DNA from: Trichomonas gallinae | Lineage: Eukaryota | Direction of reading: 5' to 3' | NCBI GenBank assembly: GCA_008369845.1 | Contig: MRSU01001875.1 | Span: 1-54,613, forward strand | Length of the DNA: 54,613 nt | In this document: piece by piece, positions 32,530 through 42,766 of the stretch | How positions within the stretch are numbered: position 1 is the stretch's first letter | How the letters are laid out: every line of letters begins with the position of its first letter | Notes under the pieces: generated by a model | Told to the model about the DNA's origin: nothing | The model's database searches: none | The model's input: the letters and a program-made list of their open reading frames with translations, nothing else | Program-made: the position numbers and the translations under genes

Positions 32530-34965
32530 ATGTTACAAAGATATCTGGATTCTCTGACTGCCAAAGGTGGAAATTACATATTGAACCTTAGTGAGTTCAT
32601 ATTTGGAGGAGTAATAGGCAAAGGAGGATTCGGAGAAGTTAGAAAAGCAGTTCAAATCAGCACTCAAAGGTATTGCGCCTCAAAGCAGATATTTTCGAGT
32701 AGAATAGAAGGATCAAAGTTTAAAAGATACATCAGCGAGGTTGAAACTATGCTTAAATGCGATAACATGTTTCTCGTTCCATTAGTTGGATTCACTGTTG
32801 AGCCACCATATACAATAATTACAGAATACATGCCTGGTGGCACACTAGATAAGGCACTAAAGCCAAATGCGAAGAAAGAACCATTATCTCCCACTCAACT
32901 TACAATGATTGCAATCGGTATAGCAAACGGGATGATGAGTTTGCACCAAAACAATATCATACATCGCGATCTTAAGTCATCAAATATCCTATTAAATGCA
33001 AATCATCTTCCTGCGATCATTGATTTCGGTATATCTCGTGTTGAAAGTTCAGAGTCTAGGCAAACTGTTGGAATTGGAACACCGCAATACATGGCACCCG
33101 AACTTATTTCGACATCCACGTATGATCGGAAAGTGGATGTCTATTCATTTGCTATGATATTATATGAAATGATAGAATTAGTTAAGCCATTCAATGATTT
33201 AAGCATTACAGATATATTTCAAAAGGTGGTGAAATTGGGTGAAAGGCCACCATTTACAGAAAAAACACCGAAAAATCTAAAGAAACTTATTATTCAGTGT
33301 TGGGATCAAGATCCATCGAAAAGACCAACATTCAGCCAAATATTCGATGAATTTGCATCAGGAAAAGTTTTTTTTCCTGGCACAGATGCTAAAAAAATCT
33401 CAAAATTTCTTGAAACTATCAAAGCAGATGCCCAAATACGCAGCGAGCAGAGACGCATGGAAGAAGGAAATAATGATCTTACTAAATTGCTTGTAAATTT
33501 CATAGAAGAAACATCAAATACTCCAACGCTAACAAAAGAAGAAGAAAACCCAGGATCAGATCCACCATCAGCTGTTTTATCGGATTTTTCATCTCTAAAG
33601 TTTAATAGATACATAACTTTTTATTCAGAAACAATTGAACCTTCTCTGTTTCATAAGTTTTATTCTCCACTGTCTAAGAACTTTGCGCGCAAGAATCTAC
33701 CTGCTGCTGCAATCTCTACCATCGCAAAGTCTGTAAATTTGCTGATGAAAAGAAATCCAAATTTTGCGAAGCTTCTACTTGATGCAAATTACTTCAGTGA
33801 TGTTCCTTTTGATCAGAAATCTGTTGATGATGTTATAACATCATTTACAATCCTAATGGCTGAATTTCCAGAATTAGTTAATAATTCAATTTCGAAGAAA
33901 GTCACAGATCTATGTTTAATGAGGCCCGAAAAGTTGATTGTCATCATTTCATTCTTTCTTAAGTGCGAAAAAAGAGGTGATGTCAATTGTATTATTAAAG
34001 TTCTCATAAACATAGCAGATTTCATGATTAACAATAGCAATGCTTATCTTTATATCTCACTGTTAATGAATATTGCAACAACAACTTCAGAAATTTCAAA
34101 AAATGATGCGGATAAAATTAAGAAAATTATCATGAATATGATGACTTCACCTTTGCCAAGAACACGTGCGACAGCATATGTTGCAATATCAAAGCTCTTC
34201 GATGAGTGTCCTGTTGACACAAAACAAGTTATAGCTGATATTTCAAACGATGCTTCCAAAGATGCTGCTCTGACTTTAATTGTTCGTGTTGCACCAAACC
34301 CACCATCATCTGAACTATATAAAGCGCTTCTAGGGTGCATAGAAGTGAATCCTAGGCCGTGGATATATTTCTTGAGAATCGCTGAAACGAAGAGCGGCGC
34401 CTTTTTCCTTGCCAATAACACCGAGTGGACGAAGGTTTCTGAAAAACTTCCAACTGAAGTTTGCAGGCTTTTCTTAGTAGTTCTCGGTGACAAAAATGGC
34501 AGAGAAGTGTTGATGGAGTCTGCATGCGTTCTTCCTGTCCTAGAAAGCATAATGGGAATGCCAGGCGATGATGCTCTTGATGCTGTGTCCATAATTATTC
34601 CGATGTGGGCGAAAAATAAGCAGCAAATACAAAAACTGTCTGAATGCGGAATCTTGAATTCATTTTTCTCGGCAGCATTATCAGGATCATTTAGAGCAAA
34701 GAGATGTGCTTTGTCAGTTGCAGACTTTGTAGGCAAGATATGCTTCACAAATGAACTGGTTCTAGTCTCAAGGTCGCTTGTAAATGCACTGCAAGAGAGA
34801 GAACTTGCAAGCATTGCAATACAAGCGACTTCGACTTTATCAAAATACAGTCAATGTAATTCACAATTTGCGAAGGAAGATTTAATAGAATTCTTTAGAA
34901 ATTTACTTAAATATCCAGCCTATGAATTACCTGCAAATTATTTCTTATCAAATATGAAAAAATGA
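32530..34965 (+). CDS. TKL-family protein kinase with ARM/HEAT-like C-terminal region
   Basis: GKGGFGEV, ASK lysine, HRDLKSSN, DFG, GTPQYMAPE, DVYSF and CWDQDPSKRPTF. First ATG at 32530, with Inr-like GTCACTTTTT at about 32480. Confidence 0.93.
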   Translation: MLQRYLDSLTAKGGNYILNLSEFIFGGVIGKGGFGEVRKAVQISTQRYCASKQIFSSRIEGSKFKRYISEVETMLKCDNMFLVPLVGFTVEPPYTIITEYMPGGTLDKALKPNAKKEPLSPTQLTMIAIGIANGMMSLHQNNIIHRDLKSSNILLNANHLPAIIDFGISRVESSESRQTVGIGTPQYMAPELISTSTYDRKVDVYSFAMILYEMIELVKPFNDLSITDIFQKVVKLGERPPFTEKTPKNLKKLIIQCWDQDPSKRPTFSQIFDEFASGKVFFPGTDAKKISKFLETIKADAQIRSEQRRMEEGNNDLTKLLVNFIEETSNTPTLTKEEENPGSDPPSAVLSDFSSLKFNRYITFYSETIEPSLFHKFYSPLSKNFARKNLPAAAISTIAKSVNLLMKRNPNFAKLLLDANYFSDVPFDQKSVDDVITSFTILMAEFPELVNNSISKKVTDLCLMRPEKLIVIISFFLKCEKRGDVNCIIKVLINIADFMINNSNAYLYISLLMNIATTTSEISKNDADKIKKIIMNMMTSPLPRTRATAYVAISKLFDECPVDTKQVIADISNDASKDAALTLIVRVAPNPPSSELYKALLGCIEVNPRPWIYFLRIAETKSGAFFLANNTEWTKVSEKLPTEVCRLFLVVLGDKNGREVLMESACVLPVLESIMGMPGDDALDAVSIIIPMWAKNKQQIQKLSECGILNSFFSAALSGSFRAKRCALSVADFVGKICFTNELVLVSRSLVNALQERELASIAIQATSTLSKYSQCNSQFAKEDLIEFFRNLLKYPAYELPANYFLSNMKK

Positions 34966-35219
34966 TTTGATTTAATATAAATGTTTGTATGTATATTATC
35001 ATTTCTACATATAGTTGTTTTAAATCCAGGATTTAAAGTTCATATTTGCGATAAAATATATTTTGTTGATATTGAAAATTAAAAAAAAAATCATGAAACC
35101 AATGAAATTTGGGAAAATCATGAGAACTGTTTTCTATTGGTAAAAAAATCACTGGAGAATATTTCCAAAAAAAATGCCAACCAAAAAAAGGTGACTTAAA
35201 TATTAAAGATTCCATCATT

Positions 35220-37835
35220 ATGAGCACCAAATCACCCAATCCAATGTTATTAGAGAATGCCCTTGATGAAATAGATCTTATTGCTGAAGAAGCACACAAA
35301 GGAAAAGATTTTATTGCTCAATTTCAAAAACTGAATATTGACGTTAATGAAAATTGCGATACAGACGATCTTATTGATCTTTTCATCTCTTTTGGTGAAA
35401 ATGCAAATCTTAATGTATTAAAATCCGCAGGAAAAATTTTAAAGAAAAGATTGCGTAAAAGCAAAGAAAACCCGCCGAATTTGAGCGGTCAAAATATTGC
35501 TTACAATGAACCACCGCAAAATAATGATTTAAGCGTGACAATGAATATCTCATCAGGTCAAACTACTCAAAAAACTACTAAACCAACAAATGTTGTAGCA
35601 AATACTGAAGATAACAAGACAATAATCTCGGATTTAGATGAAGACAATGAGTCAAAACAAACTCTTCAAATAATCGAAGAAATCAAAGGAAAATGTGGTA
35701 TTGATAATATAACAAAAGTTAATCTAAATAAACTAATCTCCAACTCAGTTTTCAAGCAATATTTCAAAGAAATTCTGAAATCCGAAAATCCTGTTGTCTG
35801 TCAAGTATTTTGCAAATTATGGAGGGAGAATCCATGTGATAGTTACGTTCCAACAATGATTGGTCTACTTCCTGAAGTCAAATATCAAAATAACTCGTTA
35901 TTTGGGAATTTGCTTCCAATAATTGCTGAAACTTGCAAAGATAAGAGTGCTATATTCAATTTGTTCCAGCAAAACTTAAACACTCAAAAGCTGGAAAATC
36001 AAGAATTATTATTATCGCCAATCAGCACAAATTTCTATGACCAATACATCAAATTCGTTCAAATCTGCTGTAAAAATCCTGAAACTCAAGTTCTAAATGA
36101 AATAATCAGAGCAATATTTGATACAAACAATCGTATCAAGATCACAGAAACAATGTCCAATTTCCTCATTCCACATCTTTCTCCGGTTCTCAATTATGAA
36201 AAGTTTAATAACTTTATGATAATTTACAACGAATTCCTTTTTTCGGAACTTCCACATCCATTGACAGGCCTAGTAAACTTAGGCTGCACCTGTTTCATGA
36301 ATTCCGTCCTTCAACAACTATTCTACACTCCAGATGTTAAAAATCTTTTGTTTTCCGTCGATCCAAAAGACAAAAGCCTGATGGAACTCGCAGATGTGTT
36401 TTTGCAACTAGAATTCAGTACGAAAGAATCATTCAAGCCATCAAAATTTTTCAAAAATTATGAGTTCCAAGGTGAACGCCTTAATCCGCACGAACAAATG
36501 GATGCAAATGAGGTGTTCATTGATCTTGCCAACAAACTCTGCACTGAATACCCTAATGACAAAAATATTTTCCTATTTCTTGTCGAAATCACGAGCCAGG
36601 ACTCTTCAAATAATGAAGTTCTTTTCACTAATGATGAATATGGATTCAGTCTCAATGTTGATCTCAACGGACCAAATAATCTCGAAGAAAGTTTGGTGAA
36701 ATACAAAAAGCCAACATTCACAACAATGGAATACCAAGGAAAAGAAGTTAGATTGAGAAGAACGCGCACATTCAAGACTCTTCCTCGCTGCTTGGTTATC
36801 AATGTCCAGAGATTCAGGATTTATGCCGCAGGAAATGCTCAAATCATCACATCAAAATTCGACTTTCCAACAGAAATGGAGATGGAAGGCAGACACCTTG
36901 AGCTGTGCGGCGCTGTAGCCCATATGGGCTCAATGAACTTCGGTCACTATATATCATATTGCAAAGTCGATGGTAAGTGGTACCAGTTCAACGATGCCAA
37001 AGTCATTGAAGTTAGCGAACACCAGATGAAGAATGATTGCGTCGGAGGAAGCCCACAGTCACTGCATGCTACAATGCTCTTCTACAGGAACTTGGAATTC
37101 CCTGTTGTCTATCCGAAGGTACCAAAAGATTTTGGTCCATATAATGTGCAAAGAATCAACGTTGCTCATAAAATTTCCGGCAACGTTTTCATCGATACAA
37201 TTGTTGACAAAGTTTTGCAATTTGACAGCCCAACTCTTTATATCTGTCTACTCCAAAGAATGTTATTAGGAGGAGATATACAGAGTGCAAATGAATTATA
37301 TTGCAAATTTTGTAACGATAATTATTATCTCAATTCAATCATCTTTTCTTGGGAATATTATCTGCTCTTATTATCTGAAAACCAATATGTCAGAGAATGG
37401 ATGTTCAAAATTCTTAAATCCAAGCTCAGGATGGAACAAGACAAGGAGCATTATCTTATTTTCATCAGTAAAAATTTGGCGGATTCTCGTAAATCTTTCT
37501 TCAGGCGCCCGCTTGATAACTGCTTCAAAATTTTCACGCTCTTCAATAAACTTGATTATGGCGACATTGATCAAAACTTATGCGATTGCTTGGGAAAATT
37601 TGATGCTAAGGCCATCCCTGATGATTTGGTCATTTCTTGCTTCAAGGGAAGAAAAGCTCTCATCGATACATATATAATTCCAATTGCAAACAAAATATAT
37701 GCCTATACAAAGAGCCAGGAAGTTCAAAAGCTTCTTTCTCCTTATCTTAAAACTCGGGAACCCAGCGGTACTGGAGGAATGAATTTCGATTTTGGAGGAT
37801 CGAATAGCGGTAATGGAAGATCCTATTTACGATAA
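35220..37835 (+). CDS. Ubiquitin-specific protease (family C19)
   Basis: GLVNLGCTCFMNSVLQQL, QMDANE, HMGSMNFGHY and WYQFNDA. Confidence 0.92.
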   Translation: MSTKSPNPMLLENALDEIDLIAEEAHKGKDFIAQFQKLNIDVNENCDTDDLIDLFISFGENANLNVLKSAGKILKKRLRKSKENPPNLSGQNIAYNEPPQNNDLSVTMNISSGQTTQKTTKPTNVVANTEDNKTIISDLDEDNESKQTLQIIEEIKGKCGIDNITKVNLNKLISNSVFKQYFKEILKSENPVVCQVFCKLWRENPCDSYVPTMIGLLPEVKYQNNSLFGNLLPIIAETCKDKSAIFNLFQQNLNTQKLENQELLLSPISTNFYDQYIKFVQICCKNPETQVLNEIIRAIFDTNNRIKITETMSNFLIPHLSPVLNYEKFNNFMIIYNEFLFSELPHPLTGLVNLGCTCFMNSVLQQLFYTPDVKNLLFSVDPKDKSLMELADVFLQLEFSTKESFKPSKFFKNYEFQGERLNPHEQMDANEVFIDLANKLCTEYPNDKNIFLFLVEITSQDSSNNEVLFTNDEYGFSLNVDLNGPNNLEESLVKYKKPTFTTMEYQGKEVRLRRTRTFKTLPRCLVINVQRFRIYAAGNAQIITSKFDFPTEMEMEGRHLELCGAVAHMGSMNFGHYISYCKVDGKWYQFNDAKVIEVSEHQMKNDCVGGSPQSLHATMLFYRNLEFPVVYPKVPKDFGPYNVQRINVAHKISGNVFIDTIVDKVLQFDSPTLYICLLQRMLLGGDIQSANELYCKFCNDNYYLNSIIFSWEYYLLLLSENQYVREWMFKILKSKLRMEQDKEHYLIFISKNLADSRKSFFRRPLDNCFKIFTLFNKLDYGDIDQNLCDCLGKFDAKAIPDDLVISCFKGRKALIDTYIIPIANKIYAYTKSQEVQKLLSPYLKTREPSGTGGMNFDFGGSNSGNGRSYLR

Positions 37836-38136
37836 TGGAAGAACGAATTACATTTGGTTCCATTGAAAATGAATCTAATTCAAATCTATTGATATACCAA
37901 TCGAATCAAGGAAAAAAATAAACTTTTTTATTATTTATAATTATTTTGCAATCGCTAGTTCTCAGAGTTATGTGAAATCAAATAACATAATTTAAACGTA
38001 ATAGATAAGGATAGACTTGGCTAATGTAAGAATCAAGAAAAATTCCTAGAGTTCAATATTGCATCTCAAAAAATATTTTTTTGACAAATAAACTATATTT
38101 TTTGTAAATTGTCAAAAAATTTACTTTTAGGATAAT

Positions 38137-40854
38137 ATGGCGACGCGCGAAGTCAATTCCGACTGCGCAACGTCATACAAAATCAGTGTTGGCATCGACC
38201 AAGTTGCTGGATGCTGTGTTGGCCACTGTGGGAATCTCTATGCGCTTGGTGGTTTTGATTTTAAAGAATATCAATCAAAAAAACTCGCGAAAGAACAAAA
38301 TAGCTTCTACGCATTTATTAAATTCAGTGTTGAAGACGGTGAACCGAAGTTTGAACGCTCAGAACTCGAAGATTCATTTTACATCGGATCGACTTGTGTC
38401 TATGCGCCAGAATACGATACAGCATTTGTCTATGGAGGCTGTTATTCGGATTTTTCTGATGACAATCCTCTGTATTTCGGCAATTTCGTTCTCAGGCATC
38501 AATTCGGAATTAATCAAAAATCTGTTGTTTCTACTGCATACCCAAGAACATTTATCGGCCCGGCAGGTCGCGTCTTCCATTCTGCCTCATGGGATGCGGA
38601 TCGCTCAATAATGTGGGTTGTCGCAGGAGGAAGGTATCAGACGGAGCTTTTCCAAGACGTATGGGGCTGGAGTGCATTGACAGCAACATGGACGCTTTTT
38701 TCTACAGAAAATAAATTAAAACCTCGCTGGGGTCATTCTATGGCCTATCACAACGGCAAAATTTTCGTATATGGAGGCTACACTTCTAAAGAACAGAAAT
38801 CGCAACGAAAACTGTACTATTTGAAAGTCGGAAGCAAAAAATTACCAAAATGGGAAAGCTACAATCTTCCTGAAGCTCATCCACAGTATGGAACAACTAT
38901 GAATGTCATCGAAGTACCTGGAATTGGTCCGAGAATTATCATTGCTGGTGGCCAAACGTTGCATTTGAATAATGAATTGATAAACAAAAAGGATTTCCAT
39001 CTAGAAATGGATGCTGACGAATTCAAGGACTTAGTTATAACCATTATTGATCCATATAGTGGATTATCTGCAAAAATTACAGTGAAAGATGTGAAAAACG
39101 TTGCTTATCATTCATCTTTCGTTATGAACGAATATTTGTACTTATATGGTGGTTTTAACCAGTGTAGAGGCGGAATTTCGTACGGAGAAGAAGTTATTAA
39201 AATCGATATCATAAAAATCGTTTTGTCGTTGTTTCAGACACAAATAACGATTCTTCCAAAACAGATCCACGAATTTGGACTCCCGAGTGAGCTCAGTACA
39301 ATGCCAGATACGAGTTTTCCACAAATCAAGAGAAAATTCAGTTTCTTTTGGAGGAATTTGAAAAACACAACACTAATCAATGTGTTTCTTCAGCATCAAG
39401 AGAAACCAGCGCCAATTTCTGACTTTATCGCTTTTTCAGGAAATAAAAACGAAAAAACAGCCAAAATATTGAAAGTAGAAAACATTTATATGATGAAAGA
39501 AGTCATAACACGACGTATCGGCAAGTTTACCGACAAACTTTATGAACTTTCGTTTAATCATATTTATGATTTTGCTTTTTATTCATATACTGGCTTAATC
39601 ATTCCAGAAAAGTCTGTTTACTCGAATTTCGAAGATTTCAAGCTCTTCTTTGAGCTTTGCTTGCATTTTAAATACTACAGATTGATTTGGCTTGAAATCG
39701 GCTGCCACATTTCAGAAATGAAGCCTTATGAGATTGTATCACTCTGTACTGTACGTGATCCTAACACAAACAAGCCGACAATGGAAAATCCGCAATTGCA
39801 AATTTTATTTTATGTTTTTCATGAGACAATGCGTGTTAATTTCGCTTCAATCAAGGCTGAGGAATTCAACACTATCGAAAATTTGTCATCAATTGCAAAA
39901 TACTTGGTCGGCTTCATTGGATATAACAAAACTATTGAGCAAATCGACTTTAAATTCAGCATTCCTGCAACAAATGTGCTTAGAGACCTGTCTGACATAT
40001 TCCCTGATACTATAATCCACGTTAATGATAACATTGCTGCTTATCTTGGAGAATCTGTTATATTTCGCGATACTGAGATATCAGGCTTCGATCCGGCAGT
40101 TGTAGAGTCTATAATTAAATGTGATATGAGAATGATCCTTGATAGGTCAAACGACGAAGATTCTATTAATAGAATAATTCATTCTTTTGGATTGATGAAC
40201 AAAATGCAGGAAGTTAATGTCAGCTTCATATCTAGCTATTATTCGCCGCACATTCCATTTCTAAGACGTTTTATTTTAGAAAATAGCAAAATTCATTCAG
40301 CAATTTTGAAATTGATCCCAAGCCTTGTGCATGAAGACTTGTTTGCATTCCTTGTTATACTTCTCGGCATTGGAGGCGAATTTGAGATAATTACCAAAGA
40401 TAATGTTTCTATTATCTGCAAAGGATCAGCACTGGGAAGTCTAGTCGCAGGTAACAGATTCGTCGTCAAAGCTTCAGCCCAAATGATGTATTCAATACTT
40501 GCTATAAGTTATATGGGAGAAGATGCTTCTGTTGATAAATTGCCGACGTTTGTTTCGAGGGATGATCTCGGCAAGGCCGTTCTCAGTGTCGCCGGACAAA
40601 AGCCAAAAATTATTTCACCAAGAATTCTTGAAATAACTCGTCCAATAGTTTTGGAGTATCTTGAAAAAGCAAAGGAAAAAATAAACTCAACATTCATTGT
40701 CAGAAACTTCTGCGGTGCTGTTCAAATTGGAGTTTTGAAAGAGCTAATCTTGAACCAAGAGTCCAAAGATTGGATAAAACTCTTAGAACAAGAGCACAGA
40801 AGGGATATGGATGAAAAAGAACTTCGAGAATTGTTTATATATAAGTTTGCTTAA
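38137..40854 (+). CDS. Kelch-repeat protein with possible degenerate BTB/BACK-like C-terminal region
   Basis: Kelch repeats LYALGG, FVYGG, GRVFHSA, PRWGHSM...IFVYGG, IIIAGG and LYLYGG. FAFYSYTG resembles the BTB 'fl.ylYtg' motif. Confidence 0.8.
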   Translation: MATREVNSDCATSYKISVGIDQVAGCCVGHCGNLYALGGFDFKEYQSKKLAKEQNSFYAFIKFSVEDGEPKFERSELEDSFYIGSTCVYAPEYDTAFVYGGCYSDFSDDNPLYFGNFVLRHQFGINQKSVVSTAYPRTFIGPAGRVFHSASWDADRSIMWVVAGGRYQTELFQDVWGWSALTATWTLFSTENKLKPRWGHSMAYHNGKIFVYGGYTSKEQKSQRKLYYLKVGSKKLPKWESYNLPEAHPQYGTTMNVIEVPGIGPRIIIAGGQTLHLNNELINKKDFHLEMDADEFKDLVITIIDPYSGLSAKITVKDVKNVAYHSSFVMNEYLYLYGGFNQCRGGISYGEEVIKIDIIKIVLSLFQTQITILPKQIHEFGLPSELSTMPDTSFPQIKRKFSFFWRNLKNTTLINVFLQHQEKPAPISDFIAFSGNKNEKTAKILKVENIYMMKEVITRRIGKFTDKLYELSFNHIYDFAFYSYTGLIIPEKSVYSNFEDFKLFFELCLHFKYYRLIWLEIGCHISEMKPYEIVSLCTVRDPNTNKPTMENPQLQILFYVFHETMRVNFASIKAEEFNTIENLSSIAKYLVGFIGYNKTIEQIDFKFSIPATNVLRDLSDIFPDTIIHVNDNIAAYLGESVIFRDTEISGFDPAVVESIIKCDMRMILDRSNDEDSINRIIHSFGLMNKMQEVNVSFISSYYSPHIPFLRRFILENSKIHSAILKLIPSLVHEDLFAFLVILLGIGGEFEIITKDNVSIICKGSALGSLVAGNRFVVKASAQMMYSILAISYMGEDASVDKLPTFVSRDDLGKAVLSVAGQKPKIISPRILEITRPIVLEYLEKAKEKINSTFIVRNFCGAVQIGVLKELILNQESKDWIKLLEQEHRRDMDEKELRELFIYKFA

Positions 40855-41215
40855 TATTATATTATGTTTGTATAAAATATTAGATGTCTATGTTAATTCA
40901 TTTAAGTTAAAACGCTTAAATTTTTGATATAGCAATAAAAAGATATCGTTATTGATTTTGTCAAAAATTATATTTTACATTGTCATAATATGTTAATTTT
41001 TGTCATGTAAACATCATAACCATAAATTGAATTACAATCATATCATTCCAATTTACCAATTTAAACATGTGCTCGATCGTCTATATAACTCTCTAAAATA
41101 GCATATTTTAACAAAACTTTATTTTGCAAATAATAATGCTCACTAAAAAATCAATTTTGTTGAATAGAATATGAATGATTTTTATTATAATATTCTCTAT
41201 AATCATGATTAAAAG

Positions 41216-42448
41216 TTAGTTTTCGTTGTTCCATTTTGCTTTGGCAACTTTTGATCCGAATTGCATTGCTTGTTTTGGTCTTTTTGCTGCAGAATGAAGA
41301 CCTAATCTTTCCGCGAGCTGTCTCAAAATCCATTTCTCGCCTTCTCCTCTACCCAGCTCTGCTTTGAGGAGATATTCTCGTGGAATCTTTAGTGCTACAT
41401 CGAGAAACTCACGCGACATGAATGGCGCGATGACGAACTTTCCGGCCTGGTATGCAATTCTATCATCTCTTCCTCCATTCCTCTCCCACAGCCTGTTGAT
41501 GTAGACGCAGACTTCTTTGTCGACGTCTTCAGTGTTCTTCATAGACATGTACCCGCAGAACAGCTCGTCAGGTCCCAGTCCTGAAAGTACAGTGGATGTT
41601 GGTGACCTGATTAACCCGTTGTAGAGAGTCATCGCGATGTTGAGATTCATCTCTGTTTTATCGAGTGGAATAACATTCTGTATGATAGATGGACCAATCT
41701 TGACTAAATCTTCGATTTTACCAACCTCCTGTATGAAATTGAACTTTGTATTTGGGAATGCGGCAACTAGATCCCTGTGGCTTTGCTGCGCTGATGAATA
41801 ATCTGGCGCGTTTTCGTTCGCGCAAAAATTGACGAGATTGACTTCTTTCGCGCCGGCCAGTGCTTGTGCTGCTGCGAGTACAGTTGAGTCGAGTCCACCG
41901 GAGAAAAGAACAGTTGCATTGGGATCTGTGGCTTTAACCAATGCTTCTTGAAGCATATCCAAGGCTTGATCAACTGTAATATTTTGATCACGATTTGTTT
42001 TGTATGGAGGTGGTTTGAATGTGCATATACTTGACTGTGTGAATATGTTTACGCCTGGTGGGATTTCTTTTCCATTGATTCCGTAAGAAGAAATACAAAA
42101 TGGACCTTCTGTGTATAATACTGAAGATAAACCGATTGTATCTTTGCTAACTACGATAATTTGTTTGGATGCATCATAAAAAATGAGCATATAAGGGATA
42201 TTCAATAAAAGAGGTTGAATTGTTTGTAAATTTAACTGTTTTAATTTTGCAAATAAACTTTCTGTATCTTTGTAGAGAGATTTTATAATGAGGAAGCCAG
42301 AATTATCTTGAATAATAGAAAAATGCGGATTTTGAACTGAATTTTCCCATTCAAGATTGATTTTTTGGTCACGAAACGGCCACTCACTTTTTCCTTGTGG
42401 GCTGAGTGTGATTTTAAATCGAATTAAAGGCGGAATTGGTTGCATCAT
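41216..42448 (-). CDS. Asparagine synthetase domain-containing protein (ASNSD1-like)
   Basis: PP-loop LFSGGLDS, SGLGPDELFCGY, RLWERNGGRDDR, GEKWILRQLA and PKQAMQFGS, the pattern typical of ASNSD1/YML096W. Confidence 0.85.
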   Translation of the reverse strand: MMQPIPPLIRFKITLSPQGKSEWPFRDQKINLEWENSVQNPHFSIIQDNSGFLIIKSLYKDTESLFAKLKQLNLQTIQPLLLNIPYMLIFYDASKQIIVVSKDTIGLSSVLYTEGPFCISSYGINGKEIPPGVNIFTQSSICTFKPPPYKTNRDQNITVDQALDMLQEALVKATDPNATVLFSGGLDSTVLAAAQALAGAKEVNLVNFCANENAPDYSSAQQSHRDLVAAFPNTKFNFIQEVGKIEDLVKIGPSIIQNVIPLDKTEMNLNIAMTLYNGLIRSPTSTVLSGLGPDELFCGYMSMKNTEDVDKEVCVYINRLWERNGGRDDRIAYQAGKFVIAPFMSREFLDVALKIPREYLLKAELGRGEGEKWILRQLAERLGLHSAAKRPKQAMQFGSKVAKAKWNNEN

Positions 42449-42766
42449 AAAATTTTGTCAAAATCATTTTACATGTCAAATTATTAAATTTACAAATCAA
42501 ATAACATATTTACGTGTCAAAATATTCGTGTCTAGGATTAATATTACAACAATTCTAGAAATGAATATATAAAAATGACTACTTAGCCTTTTTTGATATT
42601 TATTGATGTCGATAAGCTGTGGATAATTCCATTATTATTATTTGCTGCATCAAACGGTTCTACTTTTTGCTTTTTTGGTTTTAATATATAATATATATTT
42701 GTCTGAATAGTATATATAGAATTAAATATAATTCATTTTGTAAAATAGATCGATAAATATGATTTA

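Noticed and set aside
5175..37835. Two USP genes and two importin-like genes as a functional cluster or tandem duplication
   Set aside because: The pairs are far apart and highly diverged, and both families are large in trichomonads.
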